Sequence record: PV029745.1
Strand: one strand, 5' to 3'
Length of the DNA stretch: 64,000 nt
Below the pieces are notes generated by a model. It ran no database searches. It was not told the DNA's origin and saw only the letters and a list, made by a program, of their open reading frames with translations. Shown here piece after piece: positions 46,099 through 54,857 of the stretch. Position 1 is the stretch's first letter; each line of letters starts with the position of its first letter. A program made the translations under genes and the position numbers.

Positions 46099-46180
46099 GT
46101 AATATAGGGATTTAAAAGGTTTAAATATAACCTTCTATTATCACAGTTGTAATATAGGCTTTTAATGCGTTTAAATATAA
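46099..46180 (-). promoter_or_regulatory. Tandem pair of phiKZ-type early promoters
   Basis: GTAATATAGGnnTTTAAnnnnTTTAAATATAA at 46099 and 46149 (50-bp direct repeat). Confidence 0.72.
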
Positions 46181-46198
46181 AAGAAAAAAGGACATAAC

Positions 46199-46218
46199 GC
46201 CTCTCCCGAAGGAGAGGC
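46199..46218 (-). terminator. Intrinsic terminator with UUCG loop
   Basis: GCCTCTCCCGAAGGAGAGGC. Confidence 0.78.
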
Positions 46219-46226
46219 AATTATGT

Positions 46227-46634
46227 TTACTCACCAACGTCGGGTTCGGTTTCGCCGCCAGTCTCCGGAGGAGTACCGCCAGTGCCACCATTCTCACCTT
46301 CGTTATCGCCGCCTTCACCCGGTTCAGGTTCTACCGGAGCTTCCGGTTGTTCTTCAACATAGAAGCTGACGAACATCTCATTTCCATTCTTGATTTCAAC
46401 GGAAACGGATTTCCAACCGGCATCTTCAATCGCTTTCTTTAGAGCAGCAACGGAAGTTTCAGCAATGGTGACATTACGGAAATGACGGTGAACGAAATGG
46501 ACAGCTTGTTCCGGATCGTTAAGGAAATCAACAGTCCCAGGAAGAGACAGATATTCGTTGATAGCATCTTCGTACTGAGCAATCTCAGCATCGGACATAG
46601 CCTTGCCGGCTTCGTCCAGGGAATAAATCGCCAT
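46227..46634 (-). CDS. Hypothetical protein with acidic Gly/Pro-rich tail
   Basis: GGAG SD; EQPEAPVEPEPGEGGDNEG... low-complexity C-terminus. Confidence 0.7.
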   Translation of the reverse strand: MAIYSLDEAGKAMSDAEIAQYEDAINEYLSLPGTVDFLNDPEQAVHFVHRHFRNVTIAETSVAALKKAIEDAGWKSVSVEIKNGNEMFVSFYVEEQPEAPVEPEPGEGGDNEGENGGTGGTPPETGGETEPDVGE

Positions 46635-46685
46635 TGGGTGATTCTCCATAGTCATGAACAGCGGTATTGCTGTACATAACATCGG

Positions 46686-47117
46686 TCACTTCATAGCGAT
46701 AATACCAAAGCCAAGTTCAGTCCGTACACCGGTTTGCCCCTCTGTAACCTGCTCTACTTTAACACTCCATTCAGGATCGCCAACCAAAGTAACTTCTAGA
46801 ATAGAATGCGTATCTTCCCCTGCCATTCGGTATGCCGATTCAAGAGATTGGTATACTTCAATTGTTCTATCCTGACAGCAAAGAAACACAGTGCCCTGGG
46901 TATCTGGAAAGTCTAGATACATTCGACGGAAGTCTGAATAAGCAATAAGGTTACTACCGACGTAGTGTGTCATACTACCGATAATAACACGACGCTTTTC
47001 TTTCTTTTTTGGCTTTTCTTTCTTTTTTGATTCTGTTGGTAGTGTTAACCAAATTAAACCGGCCAGAATTAAAAGAATAATAGCCGATGTCGGAATAGTA
47101 AATGGCATACTTTCCAC
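46686..47117 (-). CDS. Membrane-anchored hypothetical protein
   Basis: TM helix followed by KKKEKPKKKEKRR. Confidence 0.68.
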   Translation of the reverse strand: MESMPFTIPTSAIILLILAGLIWLTLPTESKKKEKPKKKEKRRVIIGSMTHYVGSNLIAYSDFRRMYLDFPDTQGTVFLCCQDRTIEVYQSLESAYRMAGEDTHSILEVTLVGDPEWSVKVEQVTEGQTGVRTELGFGIIAMK

Positions 47118-47170
47118 CTAAAAATTAAACGGTAAAAAAGCTGTCCCCGTGGGGACAGCCTTATGTCAGA

Positions 47171-47482
47171 TCAGTTGTTGACAGTGGCCCAGTAGGATGC
47201 CGCCAGATCAATCTCCAGAGTATTCGGAGCGACTTCAACCGTCTGAGATTCACCACTCTCATTAACAATGAACTTCGGTACCAGATGGAAATCATTCTGG
47301 ATACCGGCCATGGTACCAGCGATAGCACGATCGATAAATGCCGAATGTACTTTGACTGCTTCGGCTTCAACATCAAGACCTTTAAGAAGATCGCTTTTGA
47401 GATCTTCGCAGTATTTCAGTACAGAAGCACCAGCGTTGGTCAGAGCCGAGTGTTGTTCAATTACGTTTTCTACATGTTCCAT
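47171..47482 (-). CDS. Hypothetical protein (VNx-terminal family)
   Basis: AAGGA SD; ends DLAASYWATVNN. Confidence 0.7.
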   Translation of the reverse strand: MEHVENVIEQHSALTNAGASVLKYCEDLKSDLLKGLDVEAEAVKVHSAFIDRAIAGTMAGIQNDFHLVPKFIVNESGESQTVEVAPNTLEIDLAASYWATVNN

Positions 47483-47541
47483 TTTCGTATCCTTAATTAG
47501 AGAGAAGGTATAACTGCGTCTCCTAAGAGACGCAGATTAAA

Positions 47542-48408
47542 TTACTTGCTGAATACACGATTGCTCATGCCAGTGCTGTTCAGTGCTTCATATGGAACAA
47601 AGATGGACGAGCCGGAGTTACCCAGACTGTTAGCCATTTTTTCTTGAACTTCCAGAGCACGATATTGCAGAAGCTTCTCGCTAATACCCGCTGCAACGAT
47701 TTGGTTCTGATCACGCAGGGTACGTGCTTTAGTCAGCTCAACCTCACGATCAGCTTCGGCCAGTTTCAAGGCGTTAGTGCGTTTGGTCATTTCAATCGCT
47801 TGCTGGTTATTCTCGGTCTGAATAGCAAGTTCACGCTCAGCTTGTTTCTCAATAGCTTCAGTAATAACACTCGGATACTTCAGACTACCGAGAGTAACGT
47901 TAGATACTTCAAGCGGAGAATTTTTCATTGCTTCTTGGAGTTTGGCCAGAAGATCAGCAGTGATCTTATCGAAGTTTGCAGGAACTTCTTCGACTTTATA
48001 TTTGCCGAGCACAGAACGAGAAACCGAGCTAACTACATCACGCCCGTAGATACTGTAAACTTGATCCAGGGTAACGATGTTGTCAACAACGGTGATCGAG
48101 TTGAACATGGCGTTGATAACTTGTTCGTTACCAGCAACGCGAGTACGGAAACTAACAGTAAAAGTCAGATCGAGTTTATCTGCCATCTTTACAGTCAGTT
48201 GTTCGTTTTTGGTCTGAACCGAACCATCCAGCAGGATGAGTTGATCACGTCCATAGACAGTGAGTTTACCGGGTTCGAGAACTTCCGGGGAATAGCCGTT
48301 AACAGTGAGTAGCTTACCTTTGTGCGCCGGAGGAATAACCTCAAACGAACAACCTGTAACTGCGAGAGCGATCAGAATTGCAAAAACAAATTGGATGTAC
48401 TTTTTCAT
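47542..48408 (-). CDS. SPFH / band 7 / prohibitin-family lipoprotein
   Basis: Lipobox-like ALAVTGC; EVIPPAHKG...LEPG, VSNVTL..YP..IT.AI, then coiled coil. Confidence 0.85.
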   Translation of the reverse strand: MKKYIQFVFAILIALAVTGCSFEVIPPAHKGKLLTVNGYSPEVLEPGKLTVYGRDQLILLDGSVQTKNEQLTVKMADKLDLTFTVSFRTRVAGNEQVINAMFNSITVVDNIVTLDQVYSIYGRDVVSSVSRSVLGKYKVEEVPANFDKITADLLAKLQEAMKNSPLEVSNVTLGSLKYPSVITEAIEKQAERELAIQTENNQQAIEMTKRTNALKLAEADREVELTKARTLRDQNQIVAAGISEKLLQYRALEVQEKMANSLGNSGSSIFVPYEALNSTGMSNRVFSK

Positions 48409-48755
48409 TGCGCGTTTTCCTGTTTAGATTTCTTGAGTTGTTCGTCAAAAGAAGATTGAGCTTTCGACACATTATCTTGGGGTTTGGTAACTTTTTCCGG
48501 GATCGATGTTTGATCAACAATAGGTGCATCGAATCGAGTTACCGCTGATTGTTTCACCGGAGTGGTAATTTGAAGCAGCGACAATTGGAAGAAGATTACG
48601 ATGACCAAAGCGATGAGGAAGCGTTTTGCAAAACCAAGTTGTTTTACCCAGTTCTTTTTAGAGAACAGAATCCATCCCGCCAGACCAATCGAAATCAGTG
48701 TGAGGATTCCATAGAGGAACGGACTACCAATAATAACGATGTTTAGATTATGCAT
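48405..48755 (-). CDS. Two-TM membrane protein coupled to the SPFH gene
   Basis: Two hydrophobic helices; ATGA overlap with the SPFH start. Confidence 0.7.
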   Translation of the reverse strand: MHNLNIVIIGSPFLYGILTLISIGLAGWILFSKKNWVKQLGFAKRFLIALVIVIFFQLSLLQITTPVKQSAVTRFDAPIVDQTSIPEKVTKPQDNVSKAQSSFDEQLKKSKQENAQ

Positions 48756-48762
48756 ACTTACC

Positions 48763-49107
48763 TCATTGATTAATGTGTTTGAAATATCGATCTGCTAAGG
48801 TATTGTTATTATCAGAAATAAGCCTAACACCAACAGCGCGATCAGTTACAGATTTACTCCGCTTGAGCTTAGAGTCATAATCCCTGGAGCAACGATAGTT
48901 ACCTGAACTCAGGAACCGAAGGGCCAGAAGGATACCTTCTTTAATTCCTTCATCGAACGCGTCTTGTTGTGCAGCGTCCGTGTAACGGAGCACATTTTCT
49001 CGGCTGAACGTTTCATGAGTTTCTGAAAACTCTTGGAGGAATAAGTCATTTGCTCTTAACCACTCTTTTGTAGGTTTAAAGGGACAATCATCTTTCGTAT
49101 CAGTCAC
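48763..49107 (-). CDS. Hypothetical protein
   Basis: GTGA overlap, GGGAG SD. Confidence 0.68.
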   Translation of the reverse strand: MTDTKDDCPFKPTKEWLRANDLFLQEFSETHETFSRENVLRYTDAAQQDAFDEGIKEGILLALRFLSSGNYRCSRDYDSKLKRSKSVTDRAVGVRLISDNNNTLADRYFKHINQ

Positions 49108-49439
49108 GTGTTAACTCCCTCAAAAAGAGATTGCGTGAGATCAGGATACCACGGTGTACTAGTGAGGCGGATTTTACCCTCTTCATCGTACACATCACTA
49201 CCGACGATCATGATTTGACCATGAGTCTGAATAGCATCGATAGTAGCCAAAGCAGCTTTTCTTGCAGTATCAGTGAAGAGTTTAGACATCATTCGTCCTT
49301 CGCCGTTATATGAAATATCAGCGAAACCTTCATTGATGATGCCGTCTACCCGTTCGCGAATTTCATCTTGTAGGAATTTTGTTTTCCCGCTCTGAAATTC
49401 GTTATCATGGTAGGGGTATTCTACTTTCGCTTCTTCCAT
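49104..49439 (-). CDS. Hypothetical protein (VNx-terminal family)
   Basis: GAGGTG SD; ends DLTQSLFEGVNT. Confidence 0.7.
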   Translation of the reverse strand: MEEAKVEYPYHDNEFQSGKTKFLQDEIRERVDGIINEGFADISYNGEGRMMSKLFTDTARKAALATIDAIQTHGQIMIVGSDVYDEEGKIRLTSTPWYPDLTQSLFEGVNT

Positions 49440-49636
49440 ACATTCACCTCGGTTATGGAACTACGCTTCATTCGCCGCCTTAGCGATGATGCTGCTTTCT
49501 CTGTTGTCTCGGTCCAACCACCACCGAAGATGATGTGATCGCCATTGATCTGTGTATGTAGTTCATGTGTAGCCATTACGCCACTAAGACCACGAGATGC
49601 GTAATACTCGATAAGAGCGTTAGCCGGATCACTCAT
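49421..49636 (-). CDS. Small hypothetical protein
   Basis: ATGA overlap. Confidence 0.6.
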   Translation of the reverse strand: MSDPANALIEYYASRGLSGVMATHELHTQINGDHIIFGGGWTETTEKAASSLRRRMKRSSITEVNVWKKRK

Positions 49637-49974
49637 GTGTTAACCCTGTCGTAGTGATAGGAGTAGATGGAACCCACAACGTGACTAGCAGCTGAAGTAT
49701 CCAGAGAATGGTTCTCCACCATTTTCACAGCAGAGAGGTTAATGTCACCGAGCTTGTAAGCAAAGTCAGTGAGCCATTCACGGACAGGTCCTTCAGCTAT
49801 ACCCGTCTTGTCAACCACGTCAACCGTTGCTTTATCCAGAAGATCATTTAACATTGCAACACCGACATTGATAATGGATTTCTCAAGGTCGATAACAACG
49901 GCAGAAAACTCCCCACTCACTCGGAGCAGGGAGTCAAGGTCTGGATCGTTCCAATCTAACGAAGGAACCTTCAT
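49633..49974 (-). CDS. Hypothetical protein (VNx-terminal family)
   Basis: Start moved to the TGATG overlap; ends YHYDRVNT. Confidence 0.65.
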   Translation of the reverse strand: MKVPSLDWNDPDLDSLLRVSGEFSAVVIDLEKSIINVGVAMLNDLLDKATVDVVDKTGIAEGPVREWLTDFAYKLGDINLSAVKMVENHSLDTSAASHVVGSIYSYHYDRVNT

Positions 49975-50264
49975 CAGGTATTCACGGACTCGAAGTAGGT
50001 TTCCGAGAGCCCGGAGACACAAGTGAGATTCACACCAGGATCTTCATCGTGGTCGGTAGACCCAGTGATGATATCCTCGTAATGGTTTTCAACAGCGTCG
50101 AGAACACCACCCACCGCATAGTCAATAGCGGCAGCAGCTGCCCCGCAAAGAACATCATTGCCGTCGTTGGTGTCATCTTTACTGAGTTCACGAACTTTGT
50201 TCTTGAACAGTTCAATTGCCTCAGTACGTACTTCTACAGCAGCGCCAATCAGTTGAGTAGCCAT
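49974..50264 (-). CDS. Hypothetical protein (VNx-terminal family)
   Basis: AGGAG SD; ends GLSETYFESVNT. Confidence 0.7.
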   Translation of the reverse strand: MATQLIGAAVEVRTEAIELFKNKVRELSKDDTNDGNDVLCGAAAAAIDYAVGGVLDAVENHYEDIITGSTDHDEDPGVNLTCVSGLSETYFESVNT

Positions 50265-50764
50265 TAAGCTTCTCCTACAAGTTGTTTGGTTTTAAGACGT
50301 AGTTTGTGTTGCCGGTATTTCAGAATGGACGATGCTTTAACTTCACCCCTCAGAATGCGTTTAGTTTCTTCAGTCGTGAAGTCAGCATCGACTTGGTAGA
50401 TGTAATGCTTCTCGTAGAAATGTTGGTATCCATGGAAACCATAATAACCACGTAGAAGTTTTGGACCAGTCAATCGTCGTAGCTCTTTCACCATACCTGA
50501 ACCGACGCCTTTTCGCCGGAATTCGGGTTTAACGTAGAACATACAGAGATTACGACGGCCAGTATTGTGCAAGATATAACCAACCAGTGCACCATCAGTA
50601 TCATCGATCGCCATTACCACACGGTAACGTCTCACGGTACCATTTTTCAGAATGGTTTTGATATAACGACAGAGTGAACCGGATTGTTCGTAAAGTTTGT
50701 TCTCTATGATCGTACGTAGGGACATCTTCACAAGAATGGGAGCTTCGATGATACTGTAGTTCAT
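50264..50764 (-). CDS. GNAT-family acetyltransferase
   Basis: FYVKPEFRRKGVGSGMV acetyl-CoA binding motif A. Confidence 0.85.
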   Translation of the reverse strand: MNYSIIEAPILVKMSLRTIIENKLYEQSGSLCRYIKTILKNGTVRRYRVVMAIDDTDGALVGYILHNTGRRNLCMFYVKPEFRRKGVGSGMVKELRRLTGPKLLRGYYGFHGYQHFYEKHYIYQVDADFTTEETKRILRGEVKASSILKYRQHKLRLKTKQLVGEA

Positions 50765-51132
50765 TAGCTGTTTACCAATTTGAAATAATCAACTACCCCA
50801 TCGGAAATATCGATTGCTTCCACATCTTCAGATGCGAAAGGAATCCAGTTTCCACCTGCTTCAATAGCTTCGGCTTTTTCTTCTTCACCCACCTTAGGAA
50901 TGAGTGAAAAACCGGGACAGTCGGGATGGTTACCTTCAATCACACCGAGTACACCGGAGACAATATCATCCGCCATGGCAGCATTCGGATTGACGTATGC
51001 CTCATACTTACCTTGTTCAGCTTCAGCGAGAATTTCATCTCGTTTACTATTTACCGCGTCTATAAACAGATCACGTACTTCACTGAACGTGGCTGCGCGC
51101 GGTTCACCAGTGCCTTCGAAATATACGGTCAT
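50764..51132 (-). CDS. Hypothetical protein (VNx-terminal family)
   Basis: Coupled; ends VVDYFKLVNS. Confidence 0.72.
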   Translation of the reverse strand: MTVYFEGTGEPRAATFSEVRDLFIDAVNSKRDEILAEAEQGKYEAYVNPNAAMADDIVSGVLGVIEGNHPDCPGFSLIPKVGEEEKAEAIEAGGNWIPFASEDVEAIDISDGVVDYFKLVNS

Positions 51133-51581
51133 GGTTTTTCGATCGCTTTGTTGAGTTCTTGTTCTAGTTGCACGAGTTCTTCATCGGTGAGATCCCTTGA
51201 AGCACACATGCAACGCCCTGGTCGTTTGTACCACGTGATACAGACATCACGCCAAATCAAAGCACCCTCATCTTCACCTGGAATCCTGAATGTTTCAAGT
51301 TCATCGGTGTTAAGAGTGGGACCACCCGGATAAGGGTTAACTCGATCGTGGTCTATTTTACTAAACTTCATCAGGAGGTCGTAAAGAGGACCGGTAGATA
51401 CGAGTTTCCAATGCGAAGCAAGTTTGATGTCTTCACTCGGTATAGTCGCCCAGTATTCTTTTTCATTTTCATCAAGGTCTTCTGGCTCAGGCAGACCACC
51501 GATTAAACAATAGGCATGTTTAGCCACTTCTACTAAACGGGTGTTTTTCATAGCTTGATCCTGATCTTTGTAATACCGCAA
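51129..51581 (-). CDS. Hypothetical protein
   Basis: Overlaps neighbours; WYKRPGR motif. Confidence 0.7.
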   Translation of the reverse strand: MRYYKDQDQAMKNTRLVEVAKHAYCLIGGLPEPEDLDENEKEYWATIPSEDIKLASHWKLVSTGPLYDLLMKFSKIDHDRVNPYPGGPTLNTDELETFRIPGEDEGALIWRDVCITWYKRPGRCMCASRDLTDEELVQLEQELNKAIEKP

Positions 51582-51892
51582 CTATGTTCGCAGAACTCTA
51601 CCTTCGTCCATCCTGCTTCTTTCAACCGCGCTTTAACAACTTTCTTTACAGACAAAGCAATGTCGTCTTTATGTTCGACAACAATCTCATAGCTTCTGAC
51701 ATAATGGAAGTTATTGAAACCAGGTAGATCTTCAAGGATCTTTTTACGGATGCTTGCACAGACTTCATTAGCCTGGCGTTCTACCAGCATCGCAATAACT
51801 TCACTTTTTGTCGGAATAGAACAATTGTCGGTTTCCATCCGGAGAGTTTTGATTGCATCTTCCAGAAGCGATTTTGAAATACCAAGGGTCAT
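51548..51892 (-). CDS. Hypothetical protein
   Basis: ATGA overlap; C-terminal LKEAGW motif. Confidence 0.68.
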   Translation of the reverse strand: MTLGISKSLLEDAIKTLRMETDNCSIPTKSEVIAMLVERQANEVCASIRKKILEDLPGFNNFHYVRSYEIVVEHKDDIALSVKKVVKARLKEAGWTKVEFCEHSCGITKIRIKL

Positions 51893-52344
51893 CGGACAAG
51901 CTCTCCATGAGTGAGATAGATTTTAATACGGGTCACAATTGACTCACCTGTTTCATTAGTAGGGCTAGCCTCATCAATGATTTCAATTGACCAACCATGC
52001 TTACCCATTGCTTCTCTTAGAGAGAGTTTTAACTCTTTTGTGAGTATGTGGGATACATGTATTTCGAACCAGGCTGCTCCAGACGAATCATATTTTACGT
52101 TCGCGTAATTTCCACCATAATCATCCAATTCCATTTCAGAACGGATATCCCGAAGAATTTGAGTTGTCATGTAGCGAACATATTTGTCATAGAACTCTTC
52201 TTTAGAATCTATGACAATGGTTCTATCTCGAAGCATAAAAGATAACTCTTTTTTATTTAGTGACGTGACATTTGAGTCATTCACCGAAGCGGACTTGCTT
52301 GAGAAGTTCCAAGGTAGCCAATTCCAACAGCTCATCTTCTTCAA
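51889..52344 (-). CDS. Hypothetical protein
   Basis: C-terminal MGKHGW motif; start uncertain. Confidence 0.65.
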   Translation of the reverse strand: MKKMSCWNWLPWNFSSKSASVNDSNVTSLNKKELSFMLRDRTIVIDSKEEFYDKYVRYMTTQILRDIRSEMELDDYGGNYANVKYDSSGAAWFEIHVSHILTKELKLSLREAMGKHGWSIEIIDEASPTNETGESIVTRIKIYLTHGELVR

Positions 52345-52771
52345 CCTCGATGTCTCTCAGTAAGTACATCCCTTCCCATTCAAAACACCGGTCTTTAAGA
52401 GCGGCATTAATATTACTTGGGATCATCAGGTAAACATCATACTCTTCACCTTCATCGTCCAACTGGCCGAGATTATGCATGGTGATACTACCTGTTTTAG
52501 GAACAGGTGTCATTCGATGAATACCTGGTTTATTTGTTACCTTGATAAAGGTTTCAATGTCATGCGTAAATGACATTGAGTTATTAATAGCCTTATCGAG
52601 AACAGTATCATCAGTCAGATTAATCAGACTGAATTGACCACCAGGGATATAACGAGTACAATTTGAATTGCAATACGTCTGAACAAGCGGAACGACAGCG
52701 AGTTCCCAGCCGGTCTCATTATCTGGATCAGGCATCCATGTACCGTGGATTATTGCGATCTTGTTAGCCAA
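52277..52771 (-). CDS. Hypothetical protein
   Basis: GGGTGG SD. Confidence 0.7.
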   Translation of the reverse strand: MANKIAIIHGTWMPDPDNETGWELAVVPLVQTYCNSNCTRYIPGGQFSLINLTDDTVLDKAINNSMSFTHDIETFIKVTNKPGIHRMTPVPKTGSITMHNLGQLDDEGEEYDVYLMIPSNINAALKDRCFEWEGMYLLRDIEVEEDELLELATLELLKQVRFGE

Positions 52772-52958
52772 TTACACCACCCCTCAAAGGTTCTGGATCT
52801 CGGAATGTAATTTTTACAGTGGGAAGTAATTCACCAGAACGTTCTTCCCAACCTATCTCAAGACTGGCGATACGTTTTGCGATATCTGGGTTTGTAGCGA
52901 TAACCGATTTACCACCATTTACAAGTACTTGAAGACGATCAGCGGAACGGCTGGACAT
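52764..52958 (-). CDS. Small hypothetical protein
   Basis: GAGG SD. Confidence 0.62.
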   Translation of the reverse strand: MSSRSADRLQVLVNGGKSVIATNPDIAKRIASLEIGWEERSGELLPTVKITFRDPEPLRGGVIG

Positions 52959-53109
52959 GTGTAACTACCTCTTGACAAGAAAGGGGATATTTTTTACATT
53001 GCTCAACTTGACGTTCAGCGTGTTTCTTCGTGTAGATACAGGCAATAATGACAAAGACGACTAGTCCAATTATCATTAACCAGATAGACTGTTTCCTCTT
53101 ATACGTCAT
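52939..53109 (-). CDS. Small membrane protein (56 aa, not in the ORF track)
   Basis: MTYKRKQSIWLMIIGLVVFVIIAC...; first ORF after the early promoter at 53140. Confidence 0.55.
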   Translation of the reverse strand: MTYKRKQSIWLMIIGLVVFVIIACIYTKKHAERQVEQCKKYPLSCQEVVTHVQPFR

Positions 53110-53139
53110 TTGTAAAGTCCTTATGGATTCAGCAAATAC

Positions 53140-53160
53140 GTAATATAGATCTGAAAAAAA
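53140..53160 (-). promoter_or_regulatory. phiKZ-type early promoter
   Basis: Minus strand TTTTTTTCAGATCTATATTAC. Confidence 0.62.
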
Positions 53161-53174
53161 TTTTAGTACATACA

Positions 53175-53196
53175 GCCCTCTCCCGAAGGAGAGGGC
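53175..53196 (-). terminator. Intrinsic terminator with UUCG loop
   Basis: Exact copy of 21781-21802. Confidence 0.8.
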
Positions 53197-53204
53197 ATAT
53201 GCAT

Positions 53205-53654
53205 TTATTTCTTATCGGCTGGGTTAGGCACCGTAAAAGGTTTAGGATCGAAACTCTTACTCATCCGACATGCAGAAAACAATCTTTCAGCCGCACGATC
53301 GGTCGCAGTCATCCCATTAAAACCATTTGGACCAAACTGTTTCCTGTATCGCGTAATGTCAACATGGAAGTTAACGATCTTGTCTTTGATATACCACAGA
53401 GCCGTAAGGTTTGCAGTGATTTCGTACTCCATGGATTTCGGCATGTCTTTCACTTTATTCCATAGAGTCCAATACGCATTCTGAACAGCAATCGAAGCTT
53501 GATCAGAATTAGCGTTCTTCTCCTCAATCTGATTACCGACAACGATGCTGGTTTGATAAACCAACGCACATACGTCATCGTTCAACACGAGATAATTATT
53601 CGCATTGACTGCAAAGGACAAGACGAGAAGAAATAGAGCTACTACATGTTTCAT
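53205..53654 (-). CDS. Secreted helical protein
   Basis: Signal peptide (LSFAVNA); two Cys. Confidence 0.72.
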   Translation of the reverse strand: MKHVVALFLLVLSFAVNANNYLVLNDDVCALVYQTSIVVGNQIEEKNANSDQASIAVQNAYWTLWNKVKDMPKSMEYEITANLTALWYIKDKIVNFHVDITRYRKQFGPNGFNGMTATDRAAERLFSACRMSKSFDPKPFTVPNPADKK

Positions 53655-53668
53655 GAAATATCCTCAGT

Positions 53669-54124
53669 TTAAAGGGCGCGACCTACAATAGGACGAAGGT
53701 ATTCGAACTTAGTGCCGATTGCTTTTTTGCAATCGAGGTAAGCTGCACCGCCAATAAAATCAGGGTATTGGCTGAGATTACCTTTCAGATTAAGCCAGCT
53801 AAGCCGGTAGGTTTTACTGTAGAGGTTACCGTGCAACGTTGGCGAATAGACCGAAATGAAATGGAATGTTGCCCAACTGGTTGGGTCTTTGCTCTCGTTA
53901 TTAAGAAGAGCAGTAACTACTTGTTGAGAAAGATCCCGTGCACCCACAGAACTCTGCATGTTATCGATGGCAAGAGCAGTCGCGATAATCTCGACTTTTT
54001 CGCAGAGCTCAGTGTCAACCATCCGGATATCCCGCATGAAACCTTTAGGTACCGGCGCTGCATTGGCCACGCTCATTACCGCTATCATTACAAAACCTAC
54101 AATAAGACGAACGAACATATTCAT
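53669..54124 (-). CDS. Secreted helical protein
   Basis: Signal peptide (SVANA); two Cys. Confidence 0.72.
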   Translation of the reverse strand: MNMFVRLIVGFVMIAVMSVANAAPVPKGFMRDIRMVDTELCEKVEIIATALAIDNMQSSVGARDLSQQVVTALLNNESKDPTSWATFHFISVYSPTLHGNLYSKTYRLSWLNLKGNLSQYPDFIGGAAYLDCKKAIGTKFEYLRPIVGRAL

Positions 54125-54477
54125 TTACTCCCTGCGAATTTGTAACCCATGTTAGCTTCACAACTTTCGATTACGGCCTGAATAATATCTTTATCAGGAA
54201 AACGTTTAGTTATGTTGCGTTTAATATCTATTACAAGAACTTGTGCATAGATGGCACCAGTACGAATGTCATCGTTATCAGTGTCGCCCATGCGCTTATT
54301 CAAATAGGACATTGCTTGGAACTGGTCACCGCCATTCCGAAAGATCTTGATAACATCGCGGGACATAGATACAGCGATCTTACAGGATTTTTCGGTTATC
54401 TGTTGATCACGTTCAGCGAACGATGGTTGGCAACCAGTAAACATCATGATCAGAAAAGCGATTATATAGCGTTTCAT
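54121..54477 (-). CDS. Secreted or lipoprotein helical protein
   Basis: Start chosen from AAGGAG SD; MKRYIIAFLIMMFTGC lipobox-like. Confidence 0.7.
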   Translation of the reverse strand: MKRYIIAFLIMMFTGCQPSFAERDQQITEKSCKIAVSMSRDVIKIFRNGGDQFQAMSYLNKRMGDTDNDDIRTGAIYAQVLVIDIKRNITKRFPDKDIIQAVIESCEANMGYKFAGSK

Positions 54478-54584
54478 CTCCTTAACCTCTTTTGAGTATA
54501 TGTCAAGTTTGTTATGTAGTGATTCAAATGTTTTAAATGTAATATCCATCCAACATAAAGTCCTCCCCGAAGGGAGGACTATGT

Positions 54585-54857
54585 TTAGATAGCATACGAC
54601 TCTACAATTGGACCGACCAGATAGCCAATCCATATAGCGAATACGCATGGCATCAAAAAGTTATGTCCAATTACCCAACGTTTATACCACACGGGTGACC
54701 ATTTGAAAATATCTTTCCAAATACCACGTGCTTCCAGTTGTATATAAAGGTAGAACCAGATGGATGTACCTATGAACATAACTATCGCTACACTCTCATG
54801 ATAAGCAGAGATATAGGCGGTTACTATACCAACTATAAAAGCAAGGTAGTATGACAT
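54585..54857 (-). CDS. Three-TM membrane protein
   Basis: Three hydrophobic segments; TAATG coupling with the HD gene. Confidence 0.68.
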   Translation of the reverse strand: MSYYLAFIVGIVTAYISAYHESVAIVMFIGTSIWFYLYIQLEARGIWKDIFKWSPVWYKRWVIGHNFLMPCVFAIWIGYLVGPIVESYAI

